Assembly (NCBI GenBank): GCA_013166775.1
Contig: JABLTJ010000027.1
Coordinates: 9,588-73,587 of the forward strand
Direction of reading: 5' to 3'
Source of the DNA: Promethearchaeati archaeon
GTDB taxonomy: Archaea; Asgardarchaeota; Heimdallarchaeia; Heimdallarchaeales; Heimdallarchaeaceae
Length of the DNA: 64,000 bases
In this document: piece after piece, positions 21,113 to 31,438 of the stretch
Position numbering within the stretch: position 1 is the stretch's first letter
Layout of the letters: each line of letters begins with the position of its first letter
Program-made: the position numbers and the translations under genes
Notes under the pieces: model-generated
What the model saw: only the letters and a program-made list of their open reading frames with translations
Database searches by the model: none
Told to the model about the DNA's origin: nothing

Positions 21113-22048
21113 CTAAACACTAAAACCTAAGATATATCTTATCAGTCGTTCAATTCCTATTCCTAATCCAGCTGATCTTTTTCCATCATTTTCCATCATG
21201 TCTAAATACCATTTGTATTCAGAGATATTTTTTCCAGATAACTTCAAATGCTCGATTATTTTATTAACTTTAATTTCTCTTTCTCCACCACTTGAAGCTT
21301 CTCCAAATCCTTCTGGGTAGATTAGATTCATTGATAATAGATTACCTGGTTTATTGGGATCTTCTCTGTAATAAAAACCTCTCGAGCCTACTGGATAGTC
21401 TACAATCCAGAATGGTTTCTTTGCTTGTTTAGATAATTCTTCTTCAACTTCCAATGGTACTGTTTCCCCATAAATTAATGGATAATCCAAAGATGCTGCT
21501 ACTTCAAAAAGCTTTGAATAAGTCATTCTTGGGAAAGGAGTTGTAGGGACATTAAACTCTCGTTCTAGTTGTTCGAGTATCCGTGCGTTAATCAATTTCA
21601 CATTTTGAAATAATCTCTCTAGAAAGACTTCCGTCTTTCTCATTACATCATAAATAGTCTTCTCTCTCATTTCTAAATCTAGCTGGTACAATTCACATAA
21701 ATGACTCGAAGTGCTAGTTTTAGATAAAGGTTCCAATCTTATGTTTGGTGAAAGAGTATACACTCTATCAAAAGTACGGATTAATGCTTGCTTATAGATA
21801 AGCATGTTACTTGTCAACCAATTAGGAGCACCATAATAATCATTTGAGACTCTACCAGATCTTCTATCAAATGGATCTCTTGATGGTTTAATCACAGGAG
21901 CTAAAACTTCGATGAAGTTTAAATCATCCAATATTCTTCTACTCTGATTGAGTACTACATGCTGAACAGAGAGAGCTGCTTTTATTTCATCTGTTATTGT
22001 TTCTATATATCTTGGAATTTCTTCTTTCTCTTTATCCAACACAATCAT
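21113..22048 (-). CDS. asnA: Archaeal AsnRS-like asparagine synthetase A, divergent and C-terminally short
   Basis: SPNIRLE, QLDLE, PEGFGEASSGGERE, SAGLGIGIERL; no anticodon-binding domain; GGAGGA RBS before ATG 22048. Confidence 0.75.
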   Translation of the reverse strand: MIVLDKEKEEIPRYIETITDEIKAALSVQHVVLNQSRRILDDLNFIEVLAPVIKPSRDPFDRRSGRVSNDYYGAPNWLTSNMLIYKQALIRTFDRVYTLSPNIRLEPLSKTSTSSHLCELYQLDLEMREKTIYDVMRKTEVFLERLFQNVKLINARILEQLEREFNVPTTPFPRMTYSKLFEVAASLDYPLIYGETVPLEVEEELSKQAKKPFWIVDYPVGSRGFYYREDPNKPGNLLSMNLIYPEGFGEASSGGEREIKVNKIIEHLKLSGKNISEYKWYLDMMENDGKRSAGLGIGIERLIRYILGFSV

Positions 22049-22188
22049 TATTATTCCTCCGTATGTAATCCAATTATTTCCCTCGGATACATATAAAGTA
22101 TATTTCTCAGTGAGAGAATATTCTTCGAACAAAGAACGAAAATGAAAAAACAGAAGAAAAAAAATAAAAAAAAAACTAGCTCAAAGAG

Positions 22189-23712
22189 CTAGATATTCTT
22201 TTTCATTTTAACATACTTCAGTATTAAAATAAGAACTATTCCTACAACTTCGATTATTATCCATATTCCAATATAGAGTCCTTTTGATAAGTACCAAGTA
22301 GGCCTAGTCATTTCGATGAAATCAGCAGGTTCATTTGTTGTTACATAGCTTACCCCAAGAGCCCATGCTTGTTGGAAGCTTAGTTTCAAATCTACCGTAT
22401 AGATGTTAACCATTATTCCAGCTTCTATGTATTCCTTGAAAATCTTGTTCGATAAGCTATAATGTGTATTTATCATATCGTATCCTTTATCATCAAAATC
22501 TTCAGGAGTAGGAGGTTCATCTCCTATGTTTAGCATTGAATTTATCTCTGGAGCTAAAGATTCTACTTGATCTAATATTGCTTCATTCGGACTTTGAACC
22601 CAGATTTGATCATCCATATCTGCTTCAATTAACACATCTAGAACAATATCTGAAAATTGATCAAAGTATGGATGATTGTCTGATATATATTTGAGTTCAA
22701 CATTAAGAAGTAGGTTAGTATCATTAACATAATCCAACAGTTCTTCCAGTGTTGGAAGCATAGCGATTTCGTAGTCATCTAGTAAATCTGTTGGTATCTT
22801 TCCTTCATTTATAGTACCATACGGATCCGTTGTCGTAAACCATGCTCCTGCATTTAATGATGTTAGCTCTGCAATTGTGAAATTATCAGCAAGGTAATTT
22901 TCTCTACTTGGAAAGACTTCTTCTGCATCAGTTGTCCTCTCCAATGTGCTATCATGTAAGAGGAAAGGAATACCATCCAAACTCAACTGAACATCTATTT
23001 CCATTCCATCTGCTCCTATCTGATTGGCATAGACTGCTGCAATAACAGTATTTTCTGGTGTATAGTGTTGTCCTCCTCTATGAGCAATGATTCCTGGTTT
23101 AGCAGGAAGATCTCCACCTAATACATACACTGGCTGAAATATCATTGGAAATGCAAACAAGAATAGATAAATGATCATTAATCCTCCTAAAATAAGAGAT
23201 TTTTCAACCTTAGGACTGAAGATTTTGCTTGTAGTTTTCTTCATTAATTTGCTAATCTGAGTTGATAGCGGATAAATGAAGATGATTATACAGATAATTA
23301 AGAATAGGTAGAGGTATACACTGTAATGTGCAAGCATATTCTTTATTAGAAAAGCTTCCTCTCCGAATGTTGAGATTAGATAATAGAACAGAAATATGAA
23401 AATTGCAAATACGATAGGTGCTATAATTTTATTAGCTAGATGGGGTTTTGCTTCTTGTGTTTTTCCGATTTTTATACCATTGTTGATTACTAAATAAGCG
23501 CTATAGATTAGTGGGATAGCTATTATTCCTATTAGAAGTGCTACATAATTTATTGATGATCCGGTTAAATCTGCAAGAAAATCATTAAACTCTTCATGTA
23601 AAGGTCTCATCATGAAGAAGAGCATTTCAAAGAAGAGTATGAATAGAAAAAACAAACTGAATAGACTTAACCATTTTTTACCTTTGAATTCTTCAAACAT
23701 CTTTGAATCCAT
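22189..23712 (-). CDS. Membrane glycerophosphodiester phosphodiesterase, GDE2/GDE3-like topology
   Basis: About five N-terminal TMs, IAHRG..PENT..EIDVQLS.DG.PFLLHD..L.RTT, one C-terminal TM. Confidence 0.9.
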   Translation of the reverse strand: MDSKMFEEFKGKKWLSLFSLFFLFILFFEMLFFMMRPLHEEFNDFLADLTGSSINYVALLIGIIAIPLIYSAYLVINNGIKIGKTQEAKPHLANKIIAPIVFAIFIFLFYYLISTFGEEAFLIKNMLAHYSVYLYLFLIICIIIFIYPLSTQISKLMKKTTSKIFSPKVEKSLILGGLMIIYLFLFAFPMIFQPVYVLGGDLPAKPGIIAHRGGQHYTPENTVIAAVYANQIGADGMEIDVQLSLDGIPFLLHDSTLERTTDAEEVFPSRENYLADNFTIAELTSLNAGAWFTTTDPYGTINEGKIPTDLLDDYEIAMLPTLEELLDYVNDTNLLLNVELKYISDNHPYFDQFSDIVLDVLIEADMDDQIWVQSPNEAILDQVESLAPEINSMLNIGDEPPTPEDFDDKGYDMINTHYSLSNKIFKEYIEAGIMVNIYTVDLKLSFQQAWALGVSYVTTNEPADFIEMTRPTWYLSKGLYIGIWIIIEVVGIVLILILKYVKMKKNI

Positions 23713-23823
23713 AATATAAAAAATAGCTTCTATATAAAATTAATATTGAGAAAAACTAAACTTTAAAACTGAAAAAAATAGTTTTTAAGTATAGTTGAAG
23801 AGATAAAGGAATTGACAATTTAA

Positions 23824-25086
23824 ATGACAAACCTGAATGAACCAGATAATGTATATGCAACTGAAAGTAGAAAAAACTTACCAATCATAATTATAGGTAT
23901 TCTAGGTTTGTTTACAATTGCTTCAGTAGGTATGCTACACACAAATGAAAAGGAATTCATCGAGGTTTTTCTACCATTAGCTTCCAATTTTCAAATCTCT
24001 CTCTATGATACAGTTTTATACATTTCTTATCTTATCTTTGGAATAATCACTGGAGTAATTTCCGATAGATTGGGAAAACGTAAAGTGTTTATTCTCGTTG
24101 GAAGTGCTGGTTCAGCTTTATTCTCTTGGTTACTAACCATTTCTCCCAGTTTTGCTAGCTTACTTGTCTTTAGATTTCTGCAGGGAACCTTCACTGTTTT
24201 GGTTTGGCAAATTTTCATGACTTTAGTATTAGATGTTTCTTCTCCAACTACACGAGGAAAGAATATGGGGATTTTTGGAACCTTTCTAGCTATATCAATG
24301 GGATTAAGTCCACTGGTTGGAGGTTTTCTAGCTGATGTTGGAGTGTTTATGCCCTATTATGTGGCTGTAGGCTTTAGTGGAGCTGTGCTCATTCTTTCAA
24401 TTTTCCTGATAAAAGAACCAGAAAATATCAGTAAAAGACCATCGTTAAAACAAAACTTCTCAGCTGCTGTAAATAATTCCAAACTAATTATTCCTGCAAG
24501 TTACAACTTCATCGATCGATTTCATATGGGGTTCATTCTCTTTGCGCTTCCACTGCTAATCCTAGATGTGTTGGATTTAGGTCCTAGCATGAGAGGAATA
24601 GCTTTAGCTATTTTTGGTTTACCTTTCATACTTTTACAATATCCTTTCGGTAAATTGAGTGATAAATATGGAAGATATATTTTTCTTATTACAGGTAGCA
24701 TAGGTTATGGAATTGTTCTAAGTTTGGTTGGTTTTCTAGGTTCTATCAGCTTTGCTTATCTTGTTTCAGCTCTCGTTTTCTTGGGAATTCTTTCTGGAAT
24801 TACAAATCCAGCAAATATGGCTCTTGTTGCTGATTATGTTAAAAAAGAAGATCGTGCAATGGGGATGGGATTTTATAATTTTGCAGGAAATTTAGGTATT
24901 GTTTTGGGACCTGTAATCGGAGGAATTTTGTTGATAAATTCCAGCTACGTTGTGGCTTTCATCTGGATGGGAGTAATTGAATTTCTTGGAGTATTAATTA
25001 ATACACTTCTGCTTAGATTTATGTTTAAGCAAAAGAAAGTATTCTCAAGGACAGAATATGTAACATTCATTGGTTCAGATGAATAA
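23824..25086 (+). CDS. MFS transporter
   Basis: Motif A (GVISDRLGKRK; GKLSDKYGR), about 12 TMs. Confidence 0.92.
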   Translation: MTNLNEPDNVYATESRKNLPIIIIGILGLFTIASVGMLHTNEKEFIEVFLPLASNFQISLYDTVLYISYLIFGIITGVISDRLGKRKVFILVGSAGSALFSWLLTISPSFASLLVFRFLQGTFTVLVWQIFMTLVLDVSSPTTRGKNMGIFGTFLAISMGLSPLVGGFLADVGVFMPYYVAVGFSGAVLILSIFLIKEPENISKRPSLKQNFSAAVNNSKLIIPASYNFIDRFHMGFILFALPLLILDVLDLGPSMRGIALAIFGLPFILLQYPFGKLSDKYGRYIFLITGSIGYGIVLSLVGFLGSISFAYLVSALVFLGILSGITNPANMALVADYVKKEDRAMGMGFYNFAGNLGIVLGPVIGGILLINSSYVVAFIWMGVIEFLGVLINTLLLRFMFKQKKVFSRTEYVTFIGSDE

Positions 25087-25089
25087 ATC

Positions 25090-26172
25090 TCATGGTAAGT
25101 TCTTACTTGATAAATACTGATTGAGTTTTTCCAGAGTAATATGAGCTTCTATGCTTTCTCTAAAAAACTTGAAGCCTAATCTATCGTTAATTGATAGCAT
25201 AGCTGCATTAGTAGTTGCATTATCTGTACGAATTGTAGTTACTTCAGGGAAATCCTCTTTTATTTTGAGCAACATTTCTGCTTTCAACCATTTTCCCAAT
25301 CCTCTTCCTCTATATTCTTGTTTCACTCCAGTTAGTTCTTGTGTTATTAGTGTTCTGAAATCTGGACCATAAATCATCTCTGTTAAACCGGAAATCTTTT
25401 CATCCCCCTCAATTGTTAGAAAAACTATCCACAGTGCCCCAGTTTCTGTAAAAGCTCTTAATCGATGTCTAAAATATTCTGGAGTAAATATGATTGCTAC
25501 CTCATCCAGATCTTCCCAAGGTTGCTGATTATAGATCTCAGTATATACTTTACTAAACTGCTCAATAATATCTTCAGGAATGGAATCAAGCTTAACTAAC
25601 GACGTTTGAGGAGAGTGTTCTTGTCCTTCATTCATCCATTGTTCAACCATTGACCAATTTACATCTTTTAGCTGTAATCTATTTTCAATGCCAATTTCTA
25701 ATTCTGCACTTAAAGCTTGTAAGAAAGCTTTACCAGTTTGATAATTTGTATCAGTAGCTAAGAGTGTTCTTTCATACTCCAAAGCTACATCACGAACTTT
25801 AGCTAAGGCTAATGTACCTATGCCTTTACGATGGTATCCCTCCAAGATATTGATATAAAACTCCATGTAGTTTGGATTTTCTTTGTAAGTTTCAGAATTT
25901 TTACTTAGAATTGTACACAGAATATCTCCGATTTGTTTTTGAGCAATTGTGTCCATAATAGAGAAATAAACTGGATCTATTTGCGGATGTTCCATGAATA
26001 ACTGCAAACTTTTTTCTATGGTTTCATGAGATGTAGTGAATGGACTATCTGGAAAACGTTGATTATGCAAAGTAGCATGATATTCATGGTATAAATTCCA
26101 GGTTTCTCTAGAATTGCTCAAAGGATCAAATGGAATTATTTTTACATAATCTTTACTGAACTCTTTGTTCAT
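25090..26172 (-). CDS. Tandem GNAT N-acetyltransferase (paralog of 61641..62684)
   Basis: HRKGIGT and TGV...YRGRGLGKWLK..N..MLSINDRLGF. Confidence 0.88.
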   Translation of the reverse strand: MNKEFSKDYVKIIPFDPLSNSRETWNLYHEYHATLHNQRFPDSPFTTSHETIEKSLQLFMEHPQIDPVYFSIMDTIAQKQIGDILCTILSKNSETYKENPNYMEFYINILEGYHRKGIGTLALAKVRDVALEYERTLLATDTNYQTGKAFLQALSAELEIGIENRLQLKDVNWSMVEQWMNEGQEHSPQTSLVKLDSIPEDIIEQFSKVYTEIYNQQPWEDLDEVAIIFTPEYFRHRLRAFTETGALWIVFLTIEGDEKISGLTEMIYGPDFRTLITQELTGVKQEYRGRGLGKWLKAEMLLKIKEDFPEVTTIRTDNATTNAAMLSINDRLGFKFFRESIEAHITLEKLNQYLSSKNLP

Positions 26173-26256
26173 CTAATCCACTTCTTTCAGCGAATAGGAT
26201 TTGAAGCCTTAATATACTTCATGTTTTATGAAAGAAATATTAATGGAGTATTGCTA

Positions 26257-26670
26257 TTATTCAATTTTGTTACCACAATTCATGCAGAAAATTATATCTT
26301 TTTCAAGCATGATTCCACAATAATCACAAAATTCAGCTTTACCAGTAATAGAATTGATCAACTTTTTGGAAGGTTTAAAATCGCTCCCCACTTGCCTTAT
26401 AACTGGTTTTTCAAATGTTTCATAATTCTCACTCTCTCTAAGTCCATAAGTACTTGAAGGTCTTCGATTTATTCTTGTTCTTGGTATCAATAATATACCA
26501 GATAAAGCTAAAACTACTAAACCACCAGCAATAGCTATGAATATCCAAATTGAAGATTCATTGAAATTTAAGAAACCTTGATAAAATCCTATAGCGAACA
26601 CTAATCCTAATAATAACAATAGTCCACCAACTATTCCTTTTGTTATGTAGGTATTTCTATTTCTGTTCAT
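26257..26670 (-). CDS. Two-TM protein with C-terminal double zinc ribbon
   Basis: Two TMs; CDYCG-x8-CMNCG. Confidence 0.8.
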   Translation of the reverse strand: MNRNRNTYITKGIVGGLLLLLGLVFAIGFYQGFLNFNESSIWIFIAIAGGLVVLALSGILLIPRTRINRRPSSTYGLRESENYETFEKPVIRQVGSDFKPSKKLINSITGKAEFCDYCGIMLEKDIIFCMNCGNKIE

Positions 26671-26747
26671 TTCAATCTAGATTATGCAAAGACACTAATA
26701 AAATAAACTAAATGAAAGAAATAGAATTCAGGTGAATTTTCTATTTA

Positions 26748-27629
26748 TTACTGAGATTTAAGTCCTTTATCTATTAGCTCAATAATCTGTTTATATTCTG
26801 ATTCATCTTCTGGTTTAATTATCGGATTCTTGATATCTGTTTTAGCTTTCAAGAAGAATTTTTTAGCTTCTTCCTCCTCTCCATCTTTTTTCAGATTTTT
26901 TGCTATATTTACCAATCCCCATCTATACATGAGTGCATGAGTATCTGTAAATCCTGTGAAATCCACATCAAGAGCCTTGAAACGCTTGATATACTCTATT
27001 GATTCATCAATGAATTTAGTATCTTCCAGAACTATTTCATGAGCAAGGATCATCTTGTTGAATTCAATCTCCTTGTATTTCTGCAAAGTTTCAATAAATA
27101 TATCTAGTTGATACCAGTTTATTGAAGGAAGAGGACTGACAAGACTGTCACCCACCAAAAGAATTTTATCAAGTCTATCATAGCAACTTGCTGAGTCTTC
27201 AGTGTGTCCAGGAGTATGAAAGAATTCTATATCTTCAGTTTCAAAAACCAATTTCTTGCTAAAAGTCAGATTGGGGAATATTAAATTCTCAGCAGCTATT
27301 TTGTAATCTCCATATTTATTTAGAAGATCAAAAGTATTTTGAAAACCTTCTAAGCTTAACTCTTGACCGATAATGAGCCGTGAATCTATAACTCCATTAC
27401 CTGCAATATGATCAAGATGACTGTGAGTATTGAAAATAATAACTGGTTTTGTAAGTAGATTATTTTCTTTGAGATATTTCTTAACATCTTCCATTTGATT
27501 TTCTAAAACTACGCCAGAATCAATAATAAACAGGTAATTGGGTGTATTGATACAATATATCTGGACAGAGAAAGGTTTACTTGGAAGATTAAACAGTATC
27601 CCACGCGAGCCCATTTTTTTAACTTGCAT
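26748..27629 (-). CDS. MBL-fold metallo-hydrolase
   Basis: THSHLDHIAGN, TPGHT, GD. Confidence 0.9.
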   Translation of the reverse strand: MQVKKMGSRGILFNLPSKPFSVQIYCINTPNYLFIIDSGVVLENQMEDVKKYLKENNLLTKPVIIFNTHSHLDHIAGNGVIDSRLIIGQELSLEGFQNTFDLLNKYGDYKIAAENLIFPNLTFSKKLVFETEDIEFFHTPGHTEDSASCYDRLDKILLVGDSLVSPLPSINWYQLDIFIETLQKYKEIEFNKMILAHEIVLEDTKFIDESIEYIKRFKALDVDFTGFTDTHALMYRWGLVNIAKNLKKDGEEEEAKKFFLKAKTDIKNPIIKPEDESEYKQIIELIDKGLKSQ

Positions 27630-27748
27630 GAGTTAGTTTTATATTATACACTTATATTGTTTTACAGAAGCTTTTTTGTTTGATTTGAGGTCATTTTTTC
27701 TTTTAAGCACAAGTTTTTATGGTTTAAGCGGTAAATATCATGATTCAC

Positions 27749-28530
27749 ATGAAAACAAAAAATTAGTCAGTGGATCGTGTTTATTGCTAATTACTATCAT
27801 ATGCATATCTCTCAATGTTTCAGCAGTTAAACCTATTTCTCCACCTGAAATTGAGCTATTAGTTCCAGATACTGGTATAGTTGGAGATACACAGCGTATT
27901 GTTGATGAATTTATTAGAGATGCAGCTCTTTGTGGTATTAAGATTGTTCCAACCTATACTACATGGGGAGATGCTATAAACCGAATGTTAGCAGGTGACT
28001 TCGATATTCTCCATTTCGCTGGACTTGTTGGTGCTTTCGAGGATTCCTTTACTTATATCTATGAAACCCTTTGTTTTCATTTCGTCTGGAATGATTTCTG
28101 GAACTATACTAGTATGGAATTTATTGATAAAATTGAGTTAATGTACTCTTTATACTTAGGCGGTTTTATTGATGATGCCATAGAAATATTCCATGAAATT
28201 GAATTAGTAATATATGAAGATCAACCCTTTGCACCCATTTGCTATGAATTGCGAGATGATGGCCAAATCTATACTCGTTATCTTTTCATTAATTGTGATG
28301 AAGCAGGGCCTTTAGGGGACGCTACAATTCGAGTTGCTCTTTCATATTTAATTGATAGAGTATTATATATAGAACTATATGGAGATTATTCTATAGGGTA
28401 CCCAATAGCTATTGATCATCTATTTGAATGGTCACAATATCATGATACATCACTACCTGCAATAAAACACTCGATAGGAAAAGCAGCAAGTACACTTGCT
28501 AAAGGAGGATATCTTCCAGCAAAAGTTTAA
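27749..28530 (+). CDS. Short ABC family-5 substrate-binding-like secreted protein; ATG separated from the ORF by a 1-nt shift
   Basis: GDFDI, EIELVIYEDQP..PI, PLGDATIRVALSYLIDR resemble SBP5 segments; one extra A in the A6 run at 27757-62 would give MKTKKLVSGSCLLL... Confidence 0.55.
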
Positions 28531-28736
28531 TTTTTTTTTCTTTTTTCTTTTTTAACACTTAGGTTTGATAAACAAAGGAAATCTTGCTGTATTTGTTACT
28601 TCCTTTAATTCGAATAGTTCATTGTACTCTTCACTCTCTTCTAGTTCCCATAATTCAATTAACTGAAAAAATTCGATTTTGATCAATTTCCTAAAATCAC
28701 ATATGTATATAAATGTTCAAAAGGGATATTGAAAGG

Positions 28737-29914
28737 ATGGCTAACTTCAAGATCCTTGTTTAGTTTTACTATTAATACTTGGTTTTTCCCCCATAAATCC
28801 TGTTTTATCCAATGATAGTTTTTATCCTACTGAAGAATGGCGATTTTCTTCTCTTGAGGAACAAAATTTAGATCAAAATCGGATAGAAGACATGCTAAAT
28901 TGGATTGATCAAAATAATTATCAAGACTACTATTCTCCAAGAATAGATTCACTGTTATTAGTAAGGAATGGCTTTATTGTTCTTGAAGAATACTTCAATT
29001 TCTTTAATGAAAATATGACACATCGATTATATTCTGTAACTAAAAGCATTACCTCTGCTCTTGTTGGTATAGCTATTAGAGAGGGATTTATTGAAAGTAT
29101 AAACCAACCAATCCTAGATTTCTTTCCAGAGGTAATTACACCAGAAATGAACCCAGAAAAATACAACATCACTGTAGAGCATCTGTTAACAATGACAGCT
29201 GGTCTTTTTTGGTCGGATGACTTTGAGATGATGCCTATTATGGTCTCGCAAAGCAATCCCTATTTGTATGTTTTAGGTCAAAACCTGATTCATAAACCAG
29301 GAGATGTTTTTCAATATAGTTCAGGATTAACTCATGTACTAGCTGGAATAATCCATCGATCAACAGGCATGTTTCTATCAACTTTTGCTGAGGAATATTT
29401 GTTCAATTTTATTGGTATAGATGATTATATATGGGAAACAGATGCGACAGGAAATAGTTTAGGTGGAAGTGCTATATTCTTAGAACCCAGAGATATGGCT
29501 AAATTTGGATATTTATACCTCCAAAAAGGTAATTGGGATGGAAAACAATTAGTACCTGAGGAATGGGTAGAGAATTCCACCAGATTACATATAGATCTTG
29601 AAGGTTTTTTTCAAGAACTTGATTATGGTTGGTTATGGTGGATGATCCCAACTTCAGATAGAATAGCTTATACAGCAATGGGTCACAGAGGACAGTTCAT
29701 AACTATCTTACCAGATGATAATGCAGTTTTAGTTTTTACAGGAGATTTTACTGAAAGTTATTCATATATCTTCGAGTTGATGTATGACTATATTTTTCCT
29801 CTCCTTGATAAAGCGTTAGAGACTAAATTTCCATTTAATATTGTTAGCCTTGTTAGTTTACTAGAAGTTGCTTTAATTATAATTTGGAGAAGAAAAAAGA
29901 ATCGAACCATGTAA
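28737..29914 (+). CDS. Beta-lactamase/AmpC-family serine hydrolase with TM anchor; signal peptide frame-disconnected
   Basis: SVTK, YSS, LLTMTAGL, GHRGQ; frame open upstream of 28892 (YPTEEW); one extra T restores MANFKILVLVLLLILGFS. Confidence 0.85.
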
Positions 29915-29958
29915 ATAAATTTCACGATAGTTTTTAATTTATTACACTTCTGGAAGAT

Positions 29959-30429
29959 TCATATCTCATCATAACATTCAGATGCTGGCGAATAAATTTG
30001 CATTATTTTGTTTAAATTCGTCAGTTTTGAGAAACCTAATTTTTCATATAAACCATGAGCATCTTTTGTATGAAGTAACCAAAGACGAAGATTCTGCAGT
30101 TCTGGATGATTCTTGATACACTCCAGTAACCATTTTCCTAATCCTTTACCACGAAATTTCTTTTCAACATAAACATCTGCTAAATATGCAAAAGTTGCTT
30201 TATCTGTGATTAGTTTTGCATAACCTATGAATCTCTCTCGAGGTGAAATCAGAGAAAAGTTTAATGAATTCGTAATTCCTTTCTCAACGATTTCCTTGGG
30301 TATATTTAGAGCCCAATAAGATTCTTTTGAAAGAAAACTATGTAAAACATCAATATCAATTTTTTGAGGATCTGTTGTTACAATAAATCCCCCTTCCTTT
30401 ACCCATTGATGATTTTTCATGAAATTCAA
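29959..30429 (-). CDS. GNAT N-acetyltransferase
   Basis: SYWA, D.ATFAYLADVYV...RGKGLGKWL, TKDAHGLYEKLGF. Confidence 0.92.
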   Translation of the reverse strand: MNFMKNHQWVKEGGFIVTTDPQKIDIDVLHSFLSKESYWALNIPKEIVEKGITNSLNFSLISPRERFIGYAKLITDKATFAYLADVYVEKKFRGKGLGKWLLECIKNHPELQNLRLWLLHTKDAHGLYEKLGFSKLTNLNKIMQIYSPASECYDEI

Positions 30430-30809
30430 AATTCTGAAATATTAAAAAACATTATTAAGGAACCTTATTTTGAAATAAAATTGTTAAATAAATAGATTCA
30501 TTCGTCTTAATTTTTTTCTCTTCTTTTATGTAGTAGAAGAACATTCCTAGTCCTCTATAAAATAGGAATTCCTTAAAAAATGGAATTTTCGTGATTTCAA
30601 ACAATTGATAGACCTTCTAATCTTCTGAGAAAAGATTATGGCTGTGCTATTTCAGGGCATGCTCTTGTTGTCATTCACAAAGATAAAATTCTACTCAATC
30701 ATTACAAAAAATTAGCTTGAGACACATATTTTCTCAAAGATTAATTTGTGATTAGATAAGAATGTTAGATTAAAGCTAGGGAGTTTTAAAGTGAATTATA
30801 GCTTTTTAT

Positions 30810-30824
30810 GTCACAACTTGTGAC
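30810..30824. promoter_or_regulatory. Perfect palindromic operator next to a TATA-like box
   Basis: GTCACAA-c-TTGTGAC directly after tttttat; followed by an orphan 40-aa ORF (30884..31006). Confidence 0.5.
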
Positions 30825-31039
30825 CTCATTGTGTGAGCAAGTTATTTTTAAAGGAGGAGCTATGTCTGATTAGGTGCAAAAAAATGGCTGAAAAAATTAA
30901 ACGAGAAAAAACTGAAAATCAAAGTGAATGGAATTATCAAAAACTATCTGGAAAGGTTGATAAAAAGAATATTGGATACTGCTATGGACAAATCTTTACC
31001 TACTAACCTTTCTAAAACTGTTTTTATTCTTCTACTATT

Positions 31040-31438
31040 CTAAATTTCTGAATTTGTTTCTAAATTTTGCATAAACAAAAACGTCCCTACTCCTTGTATT
31101 GTATAGCCCAAGATTATTAGAAAGTTAAAGATTGTGTGCCCAGCATGTCTTGAAATCAGAAAGAAATCTCCTTGTATTATCATTCCAATTATTATCACTA
31201 TTGAATAAAGCACAGCAGAAATAAACATTACAAGGAAAGTATAGCTACTAAGTTTGGGTACCTTTTCCTCTTTCATAAAAACTATAGTATAGAATAGAAT
31301 TGCGAAGAATTGTATAAGAGGTCCTACTGTCAACAGACCCATATGTAAATCACCTGATGTAAAACCAATCCCTATGTATATTCCACCTTGAATTATACCA
31401 AGTATAGATCCAATGATGCTTATAATCTTCAGCTTTTT
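31040..31438 (-). pseudogene. 5'-truncated membrane protein (DUF998-like C-terminal half)
   Basis: Frame is open up to the SnoaL stop: KKLKIISIIGSILGIIQGGIYIGIGFTSGDLHMGLL...; no proper start. Confidence 0.55.

Noticed and set aside
28553-28690. ~45-codon minus-strand ORF (..LIELWELEESEEYNELF..)
   Set aside because: Only a TTG start, no motif; could be a remnant or chance
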